From NCBI GenBank assembly GCA_965541615.1, contig CBEUCJ010000005.1, positions 46,251 through 110,250 on the forward strand: a stretch of 64,000 nucleotides of DNA, read 5' to 3'. The first letter of the stretch is position 1, and every line of letters begins with the position of its first letter. Made by a program: the position numbers and the translations under genes. Shown piece after piece: positions 1-8,221 of this stretch. The stretch is from an uncultured bacterium (GTDB lineage Bacteria; Omnitrophota; Gorgyraeia; Duberdicusellales; CBEUCJ01). The notes beneath the pieces were generated by a model. It made no database searches. It had not been told where the DNA came from and saw only the letters and a list, made by a program, of their open reading frames with translations.

Positions 1-350
1 GTAGAATTGTAAAGAATACCTTCTACTTCACCACACCAAACAAGAGGAGTAGCAAGCTGAGCTTCTAATTCTTCTGTATTTGCTGGGTAACAAGGTGCTT
101 CTACATCTTCTTCTCTCCCATATTCATTACAGCTTCCAGGAGTAGTGGATGCTAAACACAAACATGTATAAATAGCACTTTTTGCATAATAAATATTTGC
201 TGCGCTACGCAAAGCACCAATATTTCCCTCATTAACAGCATTGCATGCTTCTTCTCTGAAATTTATAAATTTAGGTATAGCTATAACAGCAATTATTCCT
301 ATTATTACTATTATCATTATTATTTCTATTAAAGCGAAACCTTTATTCAT
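1..350 (-). CDS. Type IV pilin-like protein with prepilin N-terminal cleavage/methylation motif; 3' end runs off the window
   Basis: Not in the ORF track. My translation from ATG at 350: MNKG|FALIEIIMIIVIIGIIAVIAIPKFINFREEACNAVNEGNIGALRSAANIYYAKSAIYTCLCLASTTPGSCNEYGREEDVEAPCYPANTEELEAQLATPLVWCGEVEGILYNS... Class III signal peptide (G|F, Glu+5, hydrophobic helix, IPKF) and 6 Cys. Confidence 0.9.
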   Translation of the reverse strand, partial: MNKGFALIEIIMIIVIIGIIAVIAIPKFINFREEACNAVNEGNIGALRSAANIYYAKSAIYTCLCLASTTPGSCNEYGREEDVEAPCYPANTEELEAQLATPLVWCGEVEGILYNS

Positions 351-353
351 ATA

Positions 354-908
354 TTATTTATTCAGATTGGGAATGATTTCTCCTTTTTTAGGATCATATT
401 TATAACCCAAAATTTCTCCTTGGGTATATTTGCTTTTTAAGATTAAAAATAAAGGATTTAACTCTTTTGTTGATTTCTGAAGTAAATTAGCTATTTTTTC
501 CCTCGTCTGTTTTTTTATTCTCAATGCTTCTTTTTCAGCTTTTTTCACCTCCATCTTATACTTCTTTTTAGCTTCTCTTATGACTTTTTTACATTTTAAA
601 TAAGCTTTCAAAAATTCCATAAAGCCTTTTTTTCTTGCTCTCCATAATTTAGGTATTTCTTTCTTTACAGTAGAAAGAAAATGGACATATGCTTCATTCT
701 TTCTTTTTCTTAACATTTCCTCTGCCTTTTGGTCTGCCTCATGACGGATTTTCTCTGCTTCAAAATAAATATTATCTCTAATCAACTTACACTGTAAATG
801 AAGCTCATAAAAACTAAAAAGATAAACAAAGTATACTACAGATATAATTAATCCTGAAATAACCAATCCCTTAACTATTTCCTTAATTACATTTACCGAT
901 TGCTTCAT
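354..908 (-). CDS. Hypothetical membrane-anchored coiled-coil protein
   Basis: N-terminal hydrophobic segment (GLVISGLIISVVYFVYLFSF), K/E/A-rich helical body, C-terminal GYKYDPKKGEIIP; ends 3 nt before the pilin start. Confidence 0.7.
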   Translation of the reverse strand: MKQSVNVIKEIVKGLVISGLIISVVYFVYLFSFYELHLQCKLIRDNIYFEAEKIRHEADQKAEEMLRKRKNEAYVHFLSTVKKEIPKLWRARKKGFMEFLKAYLKCKKVIREAKKKYKMEVKKAEKEALRIKKQTREKIANLLQKSTKELNPLFLILKSKYTQGEILGYKYDPKKGEIIPNLNK

Positions 909-995
909 AAATTATCTTTTACTATTTTAGCAATTTTTTTAAGAAAGATAAAATAATTTTAAGTTTTTAGGGGGGTAAAATTATTTTTATTGTTT

Positions 996-1211
996 TTATT
1001 TTAAATTCTCTGATAACTTTTCCATCTGCTCAGGTGTAGCGCTTTTTATATACTCAGGATTAGCAAGCTGCATCTGTGCTTCCATAGATTTAGCAATCTC
1101 TTCAACTTCCTTATCCATCTTTGTTGTAACTTTCTTTTCCTCTTTGCAACCAGAGAGAATACCTACCAAAACAAACAAAATTATAATTATTCCTATAATC
1201 CCTCTCACCAT
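996..1211 (-). CDS. Small hypothetical lipoprotein
   Basis: Start moved to the ATG at 1211, which has GGAGGT upstream; MVRGIIGIIIILFVLVGILSG|C lipobox. Confidence 0.75.
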   Translation of the reverse strand: MVRGIIGIIIILFVLVGILSGCKEEKKVTTKMDKEVEEIAKSMEAQMQLANPEYIKSATPEQMEKLSENLK

Positions 1212-1212
1212 C

Positions 1213-1986
1213 TTACCTCCTGAAATATTTACGTTCATAAATTATCTTTCCTTTACCATCCCTTAATACATAATGGTAACCCTTCCACCTTCCATTACGA
1301 TCATAGTAAACGGTATATTCATAAATATATCTTTTCTCACCTGTTTTTCTGTTGTAACTTACACCTTTCCAGTATATAGACTTACGTTTATGGTTATCAT
1401 AATAATCATATTTATAGTTCCAGCTATAAATAGGTTTTTGTGTCTTATTATCAAAATACTGGTAATAACCATGAGAGGGACGACCATCTTCATAATAATT
1501 TCTTGCATAATTAAAATAATAATCAAACGAATAACGCCACTTTCTAAACCTCCATTCACCTTTATAAGTTCCTGAACCTACATAAGACTTTATTCTTCCA
1601 TTAGGATAATAGTAATAATCTACTACATAGGAAGATTTGGCTTTATAACTCCATTGATACTTTGGCCAGCTATAGGAATACTTGTAATTGACATCTCTTC
1701 TTAGAATCTTTCCTTTTTTGTTTATATAACTTTTAATCCGATAACTCCAGTGGGGAGAAGAGTATGTCTTTTCCTCTATTTTTGCCTTCTTTAATTCTTC
1801 CTGACGTAGAGATTGCCGGGGCGAAAGATTCCCGTATCTAGGGATAATTTTACCTGTTCGAGGGTCATAATAATAACCAGTTATTCTATTGTTATCATTA
1901 TTATCTTGAGAAAAGACAAAACCGTTACAAATCAAAAAATATACGCCTATAATCAAAATAAAAGATAATAAAAACCTTTTTCTCAT
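1213..1986 (-). CDS. Secreted Tyr-rich beta-hairpin repeat protein (MORN/YwqK/YD-like)
   Basis: ATG at 1986 preceded by AGGAGGG; signal peptide MRKRFLLSFILIIGVYFLICNGFVFS|Q; repeats YYYPNGRIK, NYYEDGRPS, DYYDNHKRK, YYDRNGRWK, LRDGKGKII. Confidence 0.7.
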   Translation of the reverse strand: MRKRFLLSFILIIGVYFLICNGFVFSQDNNDNNRITGYYYDPRTGKIIPRYGNLSPRQSLRQEELKKAKIEEKTYSSPHWSYRIKSYINKKGKILRRDVNYKYSYSWPKYQWSYKAKSSYVVDYYYYPNGRIKSYVGSGTYKGEWRFRKWRYSFDYYFNYARNYYEDGRPSHGYYQYFDNKTQKPIYSWNYKYDYYDNHKRKSIYWKGVSYNRKTGEKRYIYEYTVYYDRNGRWKGYHYVLRDGKGKIIYERKYFRR

Positions 1987-2137
1987 TTTTTCCCTCCTTT
2001 TTCCCACTTTATTTTATACCATATCTTTTCTCAAAATTCCAGTTGCATTGTAAATTAAAAAGAAAAGTATTTTGTTGTTTTCTAATCCATTGAAAGATAA
2101 ATTAAGAGCAGTGGGAGTTAGATTTGTGGGTTTATCT

Positions 2138-2398
2138 TCAAACAATTAAATAAGCTAAATCTTGAGGAGTATCTGCCCATTCTAATTCTTCAGGAGAAAT
2201 CTCTATTCCCCATACATCCTCAATTGCTTCTGATAAAAGAAGAAAGAAATCTTTATGAGAAGTATAAGGAAGTTAGTTTTTCTTAATGGAATATCTATAC
2301 GAGGAGTTACCTTTAATAAATAAACCTTTTGAATCTATTTTGAAGAACTCCTCTTCATCTGTGGCATCTGTGGGAGGAGTTACCGTCTTTGCCCAATC
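2138..2398 (-). pseudogene. Possible degraded gene remnant whose last 44 codons resemble the C-terminal half of an acyl carrier protein
   Basis: One frame with a single internal TAA (2273-2275) and no start codon; ends ...FFLLLSEAIEDVWGIEISPEELEWADTPQDLAYLIV*. Confidence 0.25.
2346..2381 (-). terminator. Hairpin just downstream of tRNA-His, possible terminator or processing signal
   Basis: AACTCCTC (2346-2353) and GAGGAGTT (2374-2381) form an inverted repeat; the loop holds tandem CATCTGTGG x2; U-tail is weak. Confidence 0.3.
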
Positions 2399-2401
2399 AG
2401 G

Positions 2402-2477
2402 GGTGGGCGAGGGGACTCGAACCCCCAACCACCTGGGCCACAGCCAGGTGCTCTAACCAAATTGAGCTACGCCCACC
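2402..2477 (-). tRNA. tRNA-His(GTG)
   Basis: Reverse complement folds as a cloverleaf: G-1, GTGGGCG/CGCCCAC acceptor stem, anticodon arm CCTGG-CTGTGGC-CCAGG, TTCGAGT T-loop; CCA not encoded. Confidence 0.96.
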
Positions 2478-2485
2478 ATAAAAAT

Positions 2486-3586
2486 TTATTGAAAGATCTC
2501 TTCCAAAATATCTTTTAGAATCTTTAATCCTTTTTTAGGAACTTTTGTGGTCCCTTTAACCGTTCCCTCAACAGTCTGTGTAAGAGTATCTGTTATTGTA
2601 TTTACTGCTTTTTCTACAAATCCTTGTGAATAGTGCTTTAGCTTAGCCTCAAATTGTTTTTTTAAAAAAATAAAATTTATCTTAGGATTAGATAACTGAG
2701 TCTCAAACTTAAAATCAAATCTACATTGGTCTTCAGGAGTAATAAAGAATTTTAATATCCTCTTAAATAATCTCACATTAGTATCTGAAGCTCCTCTTTT
2801 GAATTTAAATCTTTTTAAAAATATGCTTCCTTCAATTAACAACTTATCATTTTTGGAATTCAAATCTGATTTTAAATCTAAAAAACAATACCTCAAATCC
2901 TTAAAAAAAGATTTTGAAACTTTAGGAAAATAATCATAAAAGTAAGTTAATTCTATATCTTTAAAGATGAGCCTTGCATCTAAATCTTTTCTTTTGTAAT
3001 TCAAAGAACCAAAAGCTTTAAAATTTCCCTGTGAATCCTTCCAAAGCACAGTTGAATAAACATTGAATTCTAAAGGAGTATCTAACTCTGGCAAACTTAA
3101 ATTTCTTATCCTTAAATTTAAATCTTTAAGTTTAATTATGATTGGTGGTTTTAATTTAAAATATGTATAAGTTAAGTTTGCTTTTTTTAAATCTAAATTT
3201 TGAATAATAATTTTAAAGACTCTTCTTTTTTTTCTTAAAATTTTTCTTGTAGATTTTCTTTGGATTTTCAAGTTACTTTTAAAATTAAAGGTAGCTTCTT
3301 CTAAACTTAAACTAAAAACTATTTTTCTAAACAATAATTTTAAAAGATCTAAATCTAAGTCTGCTTTTTTTATTTTCACAGTTTCAGATTTTATATTCTT
3401 TAATAAAAAAATACCAGGAAATTTGTATTCTGCTTTCTCTATTCTGACTTTTTCCTTTAAAAGCCTTGATAATTGTGTTTCAAAAAGTCTTTTTGATTGA
3501 GTCTTTAAATAAATATAGATTCCTAAAACTGCTAATAAGAAAAGGATGAGAAAAAAGATTAATAAATTTATGAATAATCTTCTCAT
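2486..3586 (-). CDS. AsmA-like/DUF748 family envelope protein
   Basis: N-terminal TM anchor followed by a long run of amphipathic beta strands and a C-terminal amphipathic helix. Confidence 0.65.
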   Translation of the reverse strand: MRRLFINLLIFFLILFLLAVLGIYIYLKTQSKRLFETQLSRLLKEKVRIEKAEYKFPGIFLLKNIKSETVKIKKADLDLDLLKLLFRKIVFSLSLEEATFNFKSNLKIQRKSTRKILRKKRRVFKIIIQNLDLKKANLTYTYFKLKPPIIIKLKDLNLRIRNLSLPELDTPLEFNVYSTVLWKDSQGNFKAFGSLNYKRKDLDARLIFKDIELTYFYDYFPKVSKSFFKDLRYCFLDLKSDLNSKNDKLLIEGSIFLKRFKFKRGASDTNVRLFKRILKFFITPEDQCRFDFKFETQLSNPKINFIFLKKQFEAKLKHYSQGFVEKAVNTITDTLTQTVEGTVKGTTKVPKKGLKILKDILEEIFQ

Positions 3587-3597
3587 AAAAAAATAAA

Positions 3598-3670
3598 CGC
3601 GCCCGGCAGGACTCGAACCCGCAACCCGCTGCTTAGAAGGCAGCTGCTCTTCCTATTGAGCTACGGGCGC
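3598..3670 (-). tRNA. tRNA-Arg(TCT)
   Basis: GCGCCCG/CGGGCGC acceptor stem, anticodon arm GCTGC-CTTCTAA-GCAGC, TTCGAGT T-loop; CCA not encoded. Confidence 0.96.
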
Positions 3671-3688
3671 AAAATAGGGATTTAATAA

Positions 3689-3717
3689 ATTATACTTTCT
3701 CTTGAAATATTTTTCAA
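3689..3717 (-). promoter_or_regulatory. Sigma70-type promoter for tRNA-Arg and downstream genes
   Basis: TTGAAA-17 nt-TATAAT on the minus strand. Confidence 0.7.
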
Positions 3718-3722
3718 ATTTT

Positions 3723-3798
3723 TCGGGGCGAGGGGATTTGAACCCCTGACCTCTTGGTCCCAAACCAAGCGCTCTGATCCAAGCTGAGCTACGCCCCG
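3723..3798 (-). tRNA. tRNA-Pro(TGG)
   Basis: CGGGGCG/CGCCCCG acceptor stem, anticodon arm CTTGG-TTTGGGA-CCAAG, TTCAAAT T-loop; CCA not encoded. Confidence 0.96.
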
Positions 3799-3831
3799 AT
3801 ACAAAAGTTTTCTCTAAAATTCAAAAAGATT

Positions 3832-4434
3832 TTATCTATTATTTAGAAATTTAGCAAGATATTTCTTTAAAGCTAAAAATGCCTTTGCCCTGTGACTTAT
3901 CTTATTCTTTTCTTTTAAAGGGATTTGGGCTACAGTCTTTTTGTATCTTGGTAAATAAAAAATTGGATCATACCCAAACCCCTTTTTGCCCATCATTTTT
4001 TCACTAATAAACCCTTTCAATTGACCTTCAAATTTTTTTATTAATTTTTGATCTTTAACTAAAACTACCACACATTTAAATACAGCTTTCCTTTTCTTTC
4101 TTTCTACTCCTTCTAATTCTTTTAACAACTTCGAATTGTTTTCATAGTAGCTTGCATTTTCTCCTGCATATCTCTTAGAAAAGACTCCAGGTTTATTCCC
4201 TAAAAATTCTACTTCTAATCCTGAATCATCTGCTACTACTAAATCTTTTTTAAATATTTTTGAGACAGCTACAGCTTTCTTTAAAGCGTTCTCAAAAAAG
4301 GTATTACCATCTTCTTTAATCTTTATATTTGTGTTTAAATCGTTTAATGATAGAATCTGTAATCTTAAACCTTTAAGTATATCTTTGATCTCTTTGAACT
4401 TATCTTTGTTTTTGGTAGCTACTATTAATCTCAT
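3832..4434 (-). CDS. rdgB: Non-canonical purine NTP pyrophosphatase (Ham1 family)
   Basis: [21 protein letters not shown] and SHR motifs; next to rph. Confidence 0.95.
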   Translation of the reverse strand: MRLIVATKNKDKFKEIKDILKGLRLQILSLNDLNTNIKIKEDGNTFFENALKKAVAVSKIFKKDLVVADDSGLEVEFLGNKPGVFSKRYAGENASYYENNSKLLKELEGVERKKRKAVFKCVVVLVKDQKLIKKFEGQLKGFISEKMMGKKGFGYDPIFYLPRYKKTVAQIPLKEKNKISHRAKAFLALKKYLAKFLNNR

Positions 4435-5159
4435 AAACTTTGAATTATCCCTATATCCTTAAAAATCTCTCTTTCTAAACTAATTATTTCTTGTATACCT
4501 TTCTCAGCTAACTTTAACAACTCTTCTAAATCTTTTTTTGAAAAAGATTTCTTTTCTGCTGTTCCTTGAATCTCTACAAATTCTCCATTAGATTTCATTA
4601 CAATGTTCATATCCACTTCTGCTTCTGAATCTTCTTGAAAAGTTAAATCTAAAATATAATTTTGTTTCCATATACCTACACTTACAGCTCCTAAGAGACT
4701 CACCAAAGGAAACTCACTTATTATTCTACTCTTATAAAGCTTATGTAAGGCTTCAACAAGAGCAACAAAACCTCCTACTATAGAAGTAGTACGTGTTCCA
4801 CCATCAGCTTGAACTACATCACAATCTATCCAGATAGTCACCTCTCCTAATTTTTTCAAATCTACTGCGCTCCTTAAAGACCTTCCAATGAGTCTTTGTA
4901 TCTCTATACTCCTTCCAGAGATTTTATCTCTTAAATTGCGTGTTTGTGTAGCTCTAGGGAGCATACCGTATTCTGCTGTAATCCAACCAGAACCTGTGCC
5001 TTTCAGAAAAGGAGGTACATTTTTGTCTAAAGTAGCTGTACAAATAACCCGAGTATTACCTGCTTCAATTAAACAAGAACCTTCTGCATATTTTATGAAT
5101 CCGGGTTTAATGTTAATTTTTCTTAATTCATCAAATTCTCTACCATCAGGTCTTTTCAT
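4431..5159 (-). CDS. rph: Ribonuclease PH
   Basis: [49 protein letters not shown]. Confidence 0.97.
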   Translation of the reverse strand: MKRPDGREFDELRKINIKPGFIKYAEGSCLIEAGNTRVICTATLDKNVPPFLKGTGSGWITAEYGMLPRATQTRNLRDKISGRSIEIQRLIGRSLRSAVDLKKLGEVTIWIDCDVVQADGGTRTTSIVGGFVALVEALHKLYKSRIISEFPLVSLLGAVSVGIWKQNYILDLTFQEDSEAEVDMNIVMKSNGEFVEIQGTAEKKSFSKKDLEELLKLAEKGIQEIISLEREIFKDIGIIQSL

Positions 5160-5162
5160 ATT

Positions 5163-5690
5163 TCAGACTCCTTTCTTTTTAAAAATATCTCTACCCTGAG
5201 CATCTATTCCTACAATTAATGGAAAATCTTTTACTTCAAATTCGTATATTGCTTCAGGTCCTAACTCTTTAAAAGCTATTAATCTAAAACGCAAAATTCT
5301 TTTTCTTAAATAAGCTCCACATCCTGCATAAGTTAAAAAGTAAACACTTTTATATTTTCTAAAAAGTTCTCTTGCTTTATCAGATCTTTTTCCCTTTCCA
5401 ATCACTGCTATTAATCCTTTCTTTAAAAGTTCTTCTAAAAATGGATCCATTCTTTGAGAAGTAGTGGGTCCTGCTGACATAAGTTCATTATCTTTAATGT
5501 TAGGTCCACAATAATAAATTATCTTGTTGTTCAAATCAAGAGGGAGTTTTTTGCCTTTTTTTATTAACTCTACTAATCTTTTGTGAGCTCTATCTCTGGC
5601 AGTATAAATTAGACCTGTCAGAAAGACTTCTGTGCCTACTTTTAATTTAGCTAAGTCTTGTTTTTTTAAAGGAGTTTTTAATCTAACCAT
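5163..5690 (-). CDS. Fe-S fumarate hydratase/tartrate dehydratase beta subunit
   Basis: TARDRAH, GPTTSQRM, IGKG, LGPEAI motifs. Confidence 0.92.
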   Translation of the reverse strand: MVRLKTPLKKQDLAKLKVGTEVFLTGLIYTARDRAHKRLVELIKKGKKLPLDLNNKIIYYCGPNIKDNELMSAGPTTSQRMDPFLEELLKKGLIAVIGKGKRSDKARELFRKYKSVYFLTYAGCGAYLRKRILRFRLIAFKELGPEAIYEFEVKDFPLIVGIDAQGRDIFKKKGV

Positions 5691-5697
5691 TTGTTAT

Positions 5698-6519
5698 TCA
5701 AAACTTTATTACTTTACTTTTACTCCTCAAAGCATGACAGCTAATATTTATCCCTACAGGTAGACCTGCAATGTGGGTAGGTTTTGTTTTTATCCTTACT
5801 TTTAAGCAAGTAAGACCTCCCAATCCCATAGGACCGATATTTAAAGAATTAATTTTTTTTAATAATCTTTTTTCCCATTTATCTAAAAAAGGAGTAGGAT
5901 TTGGAGTATCTAATCTTTCTAATAAAGCTTTTTTTGCTAATAATAAGGCAGTGTCCGCTGTCCCTCCTATTCCTATTCCTACCACAAAAGGAGGACAACT
6001 ATCTGGTCCTGCATTCTTAACAGCTTCTAAGATGAAATCTTCAATTTCTTCAAAACTAGCTGTAGGATTAAACATTCTTAATTGAGATTTATTCTCTGAA
6101 CCGAATCCTTTAACGAATACAGTAATTTTTAATCCTTTTCTATTGACAAACTCTATATTAAAGAATTCAGAATTATAAGAAATTTTTTTAGTTAAAATAT
6201 CTATTACTGAAGCTCTAAAACCTGCTTCTTTATAGGCTTCAACGATCCCTTCATTTATTTCTTCTATAATTTTTTTATTTATTTTTATATCTCTACCTAC
6301 TTCTAAAAATACCAAAGGTAAACCTGTATCTTGACAGATAGCTAATCTCTCTTTTTTTGCAATCTGAGCATTCTCTAAGATGATTTTTAATATCTTTTTA
6401 GCTCTCTTATTCTTTTCTTTACGAAAACCTTCTCTTAAGAGTTTTAAGAAATCTTTTCTTAGTTCTGTATTTGCTTTTATCGCTAACTCTTTTGCAATCT
6501 TTTTGAAATCTACCTGCAT
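5698..6519 (-). CDS. Fe-S fumarate hydratase/tartrate dehydratase alpha subunit
   Basis: ICQDTG, KGFGSEN, CPPFVVGIGIGG, THIAGLPV, SCHALR. Confidence 0.92.
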   Translation of the reverse strand: MQVDFKKIAKELAIKANTELRKDFLKLLREGFRKEKNKRAKKILKIILENAQIAKKERLAICQDTGLPLVFLEVGRDIKINKKIIEEINEGIVEAYKEAGFRASVIDILTKKISYNSEFFNIEFVNRKGLKITVFVKGFGSENKSQLRMFNPTASFEEIEDFILEAVKNAGPDSCPPFVVGIGIGGTADTALLLAKKALLERLDTPNPTPFLDKWEKRLLKKINSLNIGPMGLGGLTCLKVRIKTKPTHIAGLPVGINISCHALRSKSKVIKF

Positions 6520-7184
6520 TTTAGAAATCTATGTACTTGAGGAATTATTCTGACTTCTTTTAAGAATCTCTTTGCTATTTTATAAAAATTTAAAATTTTT
6601 TCTATCAAAATCTTGTCTATTTCAAAAGAATTAGGTTGGAGAATAAAGGGGATTTCTTTATCTATCTCTCTTATTAACTTTACAGCTTTTTCTAAATCTT
6701 CTTGTATAGTAGATTTACATATTACAGATTTAATAAATAGCTCTTTTTTAAAAGCTATTTTCAAAAAATCTTTGTGTTCAGACCATAAATCTTTTAATTG
6801 TGCAGAACTCGGCAGTTTTATATCAGCTGATATCACATCTACAAATTCAATTATCTTTTCAAGTTCTTTAGATAAGGTGGCATTTGTCTCTAAATAAATT
6901 TTAAATCCTTCTTTTTTTAAAGAAGGCAAAAACTCTTTTAAAAAATCTGAATGTAATAAAGGCTCTCCTCCTGTAAGAGATAAGAAATTTGTATCTCTAT
7001 TCAAAGGAAGAATTTTTTTAAATAAATCTTCTGGTCTATATTCACTAAATGAATTAAGTTTTGTATCACAAAACTTACAATTTAAATTGCACCCATAAAA
7101 TCTTATAAATATTTGCAAACTTCCTACATACAGACCTTCACCTTGAATAGATTTAAAAATCTCTGAAACCTTAGCTTTTTGCAT
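6510..7184 (-). CDS. queE: 7-carboxy-7-deazaguanine synthase (radical SAM)
   Basis: SIQGEG, GCNLNCKFCDT, TGGEPLL, PQVH; adjacent to queC and queD. Confidence 0.93.
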   Translation of the reverse strand: MQKAKVSEIFKSIQGEGLYVGSLQIFIRFYGCNLNCKFCDTKLNSFSEYRPEDLFKKILPLNRDTNFLSLTGGEPLLHSDFLKEFLPSLKKEGFKIYLETNATLSKELEKIIEFVDVISADIKLPSSAQLKDLWSEHKDFLKIAFKKELFIKSVICKSTIQEDLEKAVKLIREIDKEIPFILQPNSFEIDKILIEKILNFYKIAKRFLKEVRIIPQVHRFLKCR

Positions 7185-7872
7185 ACTTTATGGGATCTTT
7201 GAGACCAGCTTCTTTAAATCCTTTCAATCTGAGTTTGCAAGCATCGCATTCACCACAAGCAAATCTTTTGCCTTCATAACAAGACCAAGTCAACTCTAAA
7301 GGAGCTTTCAATTCTATTCCTTTTTTAATGATCTCAGCTTTTGTAAGATTTATTAAAGGAGTTCTTATTTTAATAGGATGGCCTTCTACTCCCTTTTTTG
7401 TACCTACTTTTATCAACTCTTCAAAGACTTTAAAATATTGAGGTCTGCAATCTGGATACCCACTAAAATCTATACAATTTGCACCTATGAATATGCTTTC
7501 AGCTGAGATCTTTTCAGCCAAACTCAAAGCAAAGCTTAAAAAAATTGTGTTTCTGGCAGGTACATATGTTGGAGGGATTTTTTTGGTTATTTCTTTTAAA
7601 CTCCTTTTCTTTGGAACTTTTATAGAATCAGATGTCAAAGCAGAACCTCCTATTTTTCTTAAATCTATTTTCAAAATTAAGTGTTCTTTAATCTTAAAAA
7701 ATTTAGCTATTTTTTTGGCATGCTCTATTTCTTTTCTGTGCCTCTGCCCATAATCAAAAGTTAGAGCCCAAATTCTGTAACCTTCTTTTTTAGCGATAGC
7801 ACAACTCACACAAGAATCTATTCCTCCTGATAATAAAACCACACACTTTTTATTTTTTCTATTCTTCACCAT
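7171..7872 (-). CDS. queC: 7-cyano-7-deazaguanine synthase
   Basis: SGGIDS, YVPARN, GYPDCR, TWSCY...CGECDAC; start placed at MVKNRK (the ORF track extends to 7899). Confidence 0.95.
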   Translation of the reverse strand: MVKNRKNKKCVVLLSGGIDSCVSCAIAKKEGYRIWALTFDYGQRHRKEIEHAKKIAKFFKIKEHLILKIDLRKIGGSALTSDSIKVPKKRSLKEITKKIPPTYVPARNTIFLSFALSLAEKISAESIFIGANCIDFSGYPDCRPQYFKVFEELIKVGTKKGVEGHPIKIRTPLINLTKAEIIKKGIELKAPLELTWSCYEGKRFACGECDACKLRLKGFKEAGLKDPIKYAKS

Positions 7873-8221
7873 AAGAGGCTGAACTAAAAGGTGTTTCAAA
7901 AACTGTGATTCTTATTTTAAAATCTTTTAATCTTTCTTTTAATTTCTTATAAATAACATAACAAATATTTTCTGAAGTTGGATTTAAATCTTTAAACTCT
8001 TCTAATTCATTTAATAATCTGTGATCAAATTTAGCTAAAATCTCTTTTAGTATCCTTTTTAATTCTAAAAAATCTATAACCATACCTTCTGAATTTAGCT
8101 TTTCAGAAGAGACTTCTGCTATTACTTTCCAATTATGACCGTGTAAATTTTCACATTTTCCTTTATAATTTTTTAAAAAATGAGCCCCACTAAAAAACTC
8201 TGTTACTCTTATTTTATACAT
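7859..8221 (-). CDS. queD: 6-carboxytetrahydropterin synthase
   Basis: AHFL, CENLHGHNW, DHRLLN, PTSEN, VFET. Confidence 0.95.
   Translation of the reverse strand: MYKIRVTEFFSGAHFLKNYKGKCENLHGHNWKVIAEVSSEKLNSEGMVIDFLELKRILKEILAKFDHRLLNELEEFKDLNPTSENICYVIYKKLKERLKDFKIRITVFETPFSSASYGEE

Noticed and set aside
970-975. G6 tract upstream of the coiled-coil and pilin genes as a phase-variation site
   Set aside because: Too short to support slipped-strand switching and not clearly inside a promoter spacer.
996-1238. ORF-track start at 1238 for the lipoprotein
   Set aside because: The ATG at 1211 has a GGAGGT SD and gives a normal-length lipoprotein signal peptide.
1273-1575. ORFs 1273-1575 (+) and 1359-1559 (-) rich in Ile/Met
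   Set aside because: Shadow frames of the Tyr-rich gene: TAT/TAC runs read as Ile or Val in other frames. No independent start signals.
2290-2400. Short repeats near tRNA-His as a CRISPR remnant
   Set aside because: Only two 11-bp copies, no regular repeat-spacer period, and no cas genes in the window.
6510-8221. queDCE as part of a 7-deazaguanine DNA-modification (Dpd) defence island
   Set aside because: No dpdA/tgt-like, helicase or nuclease genes nearby; the flanks are housekeeping genes.
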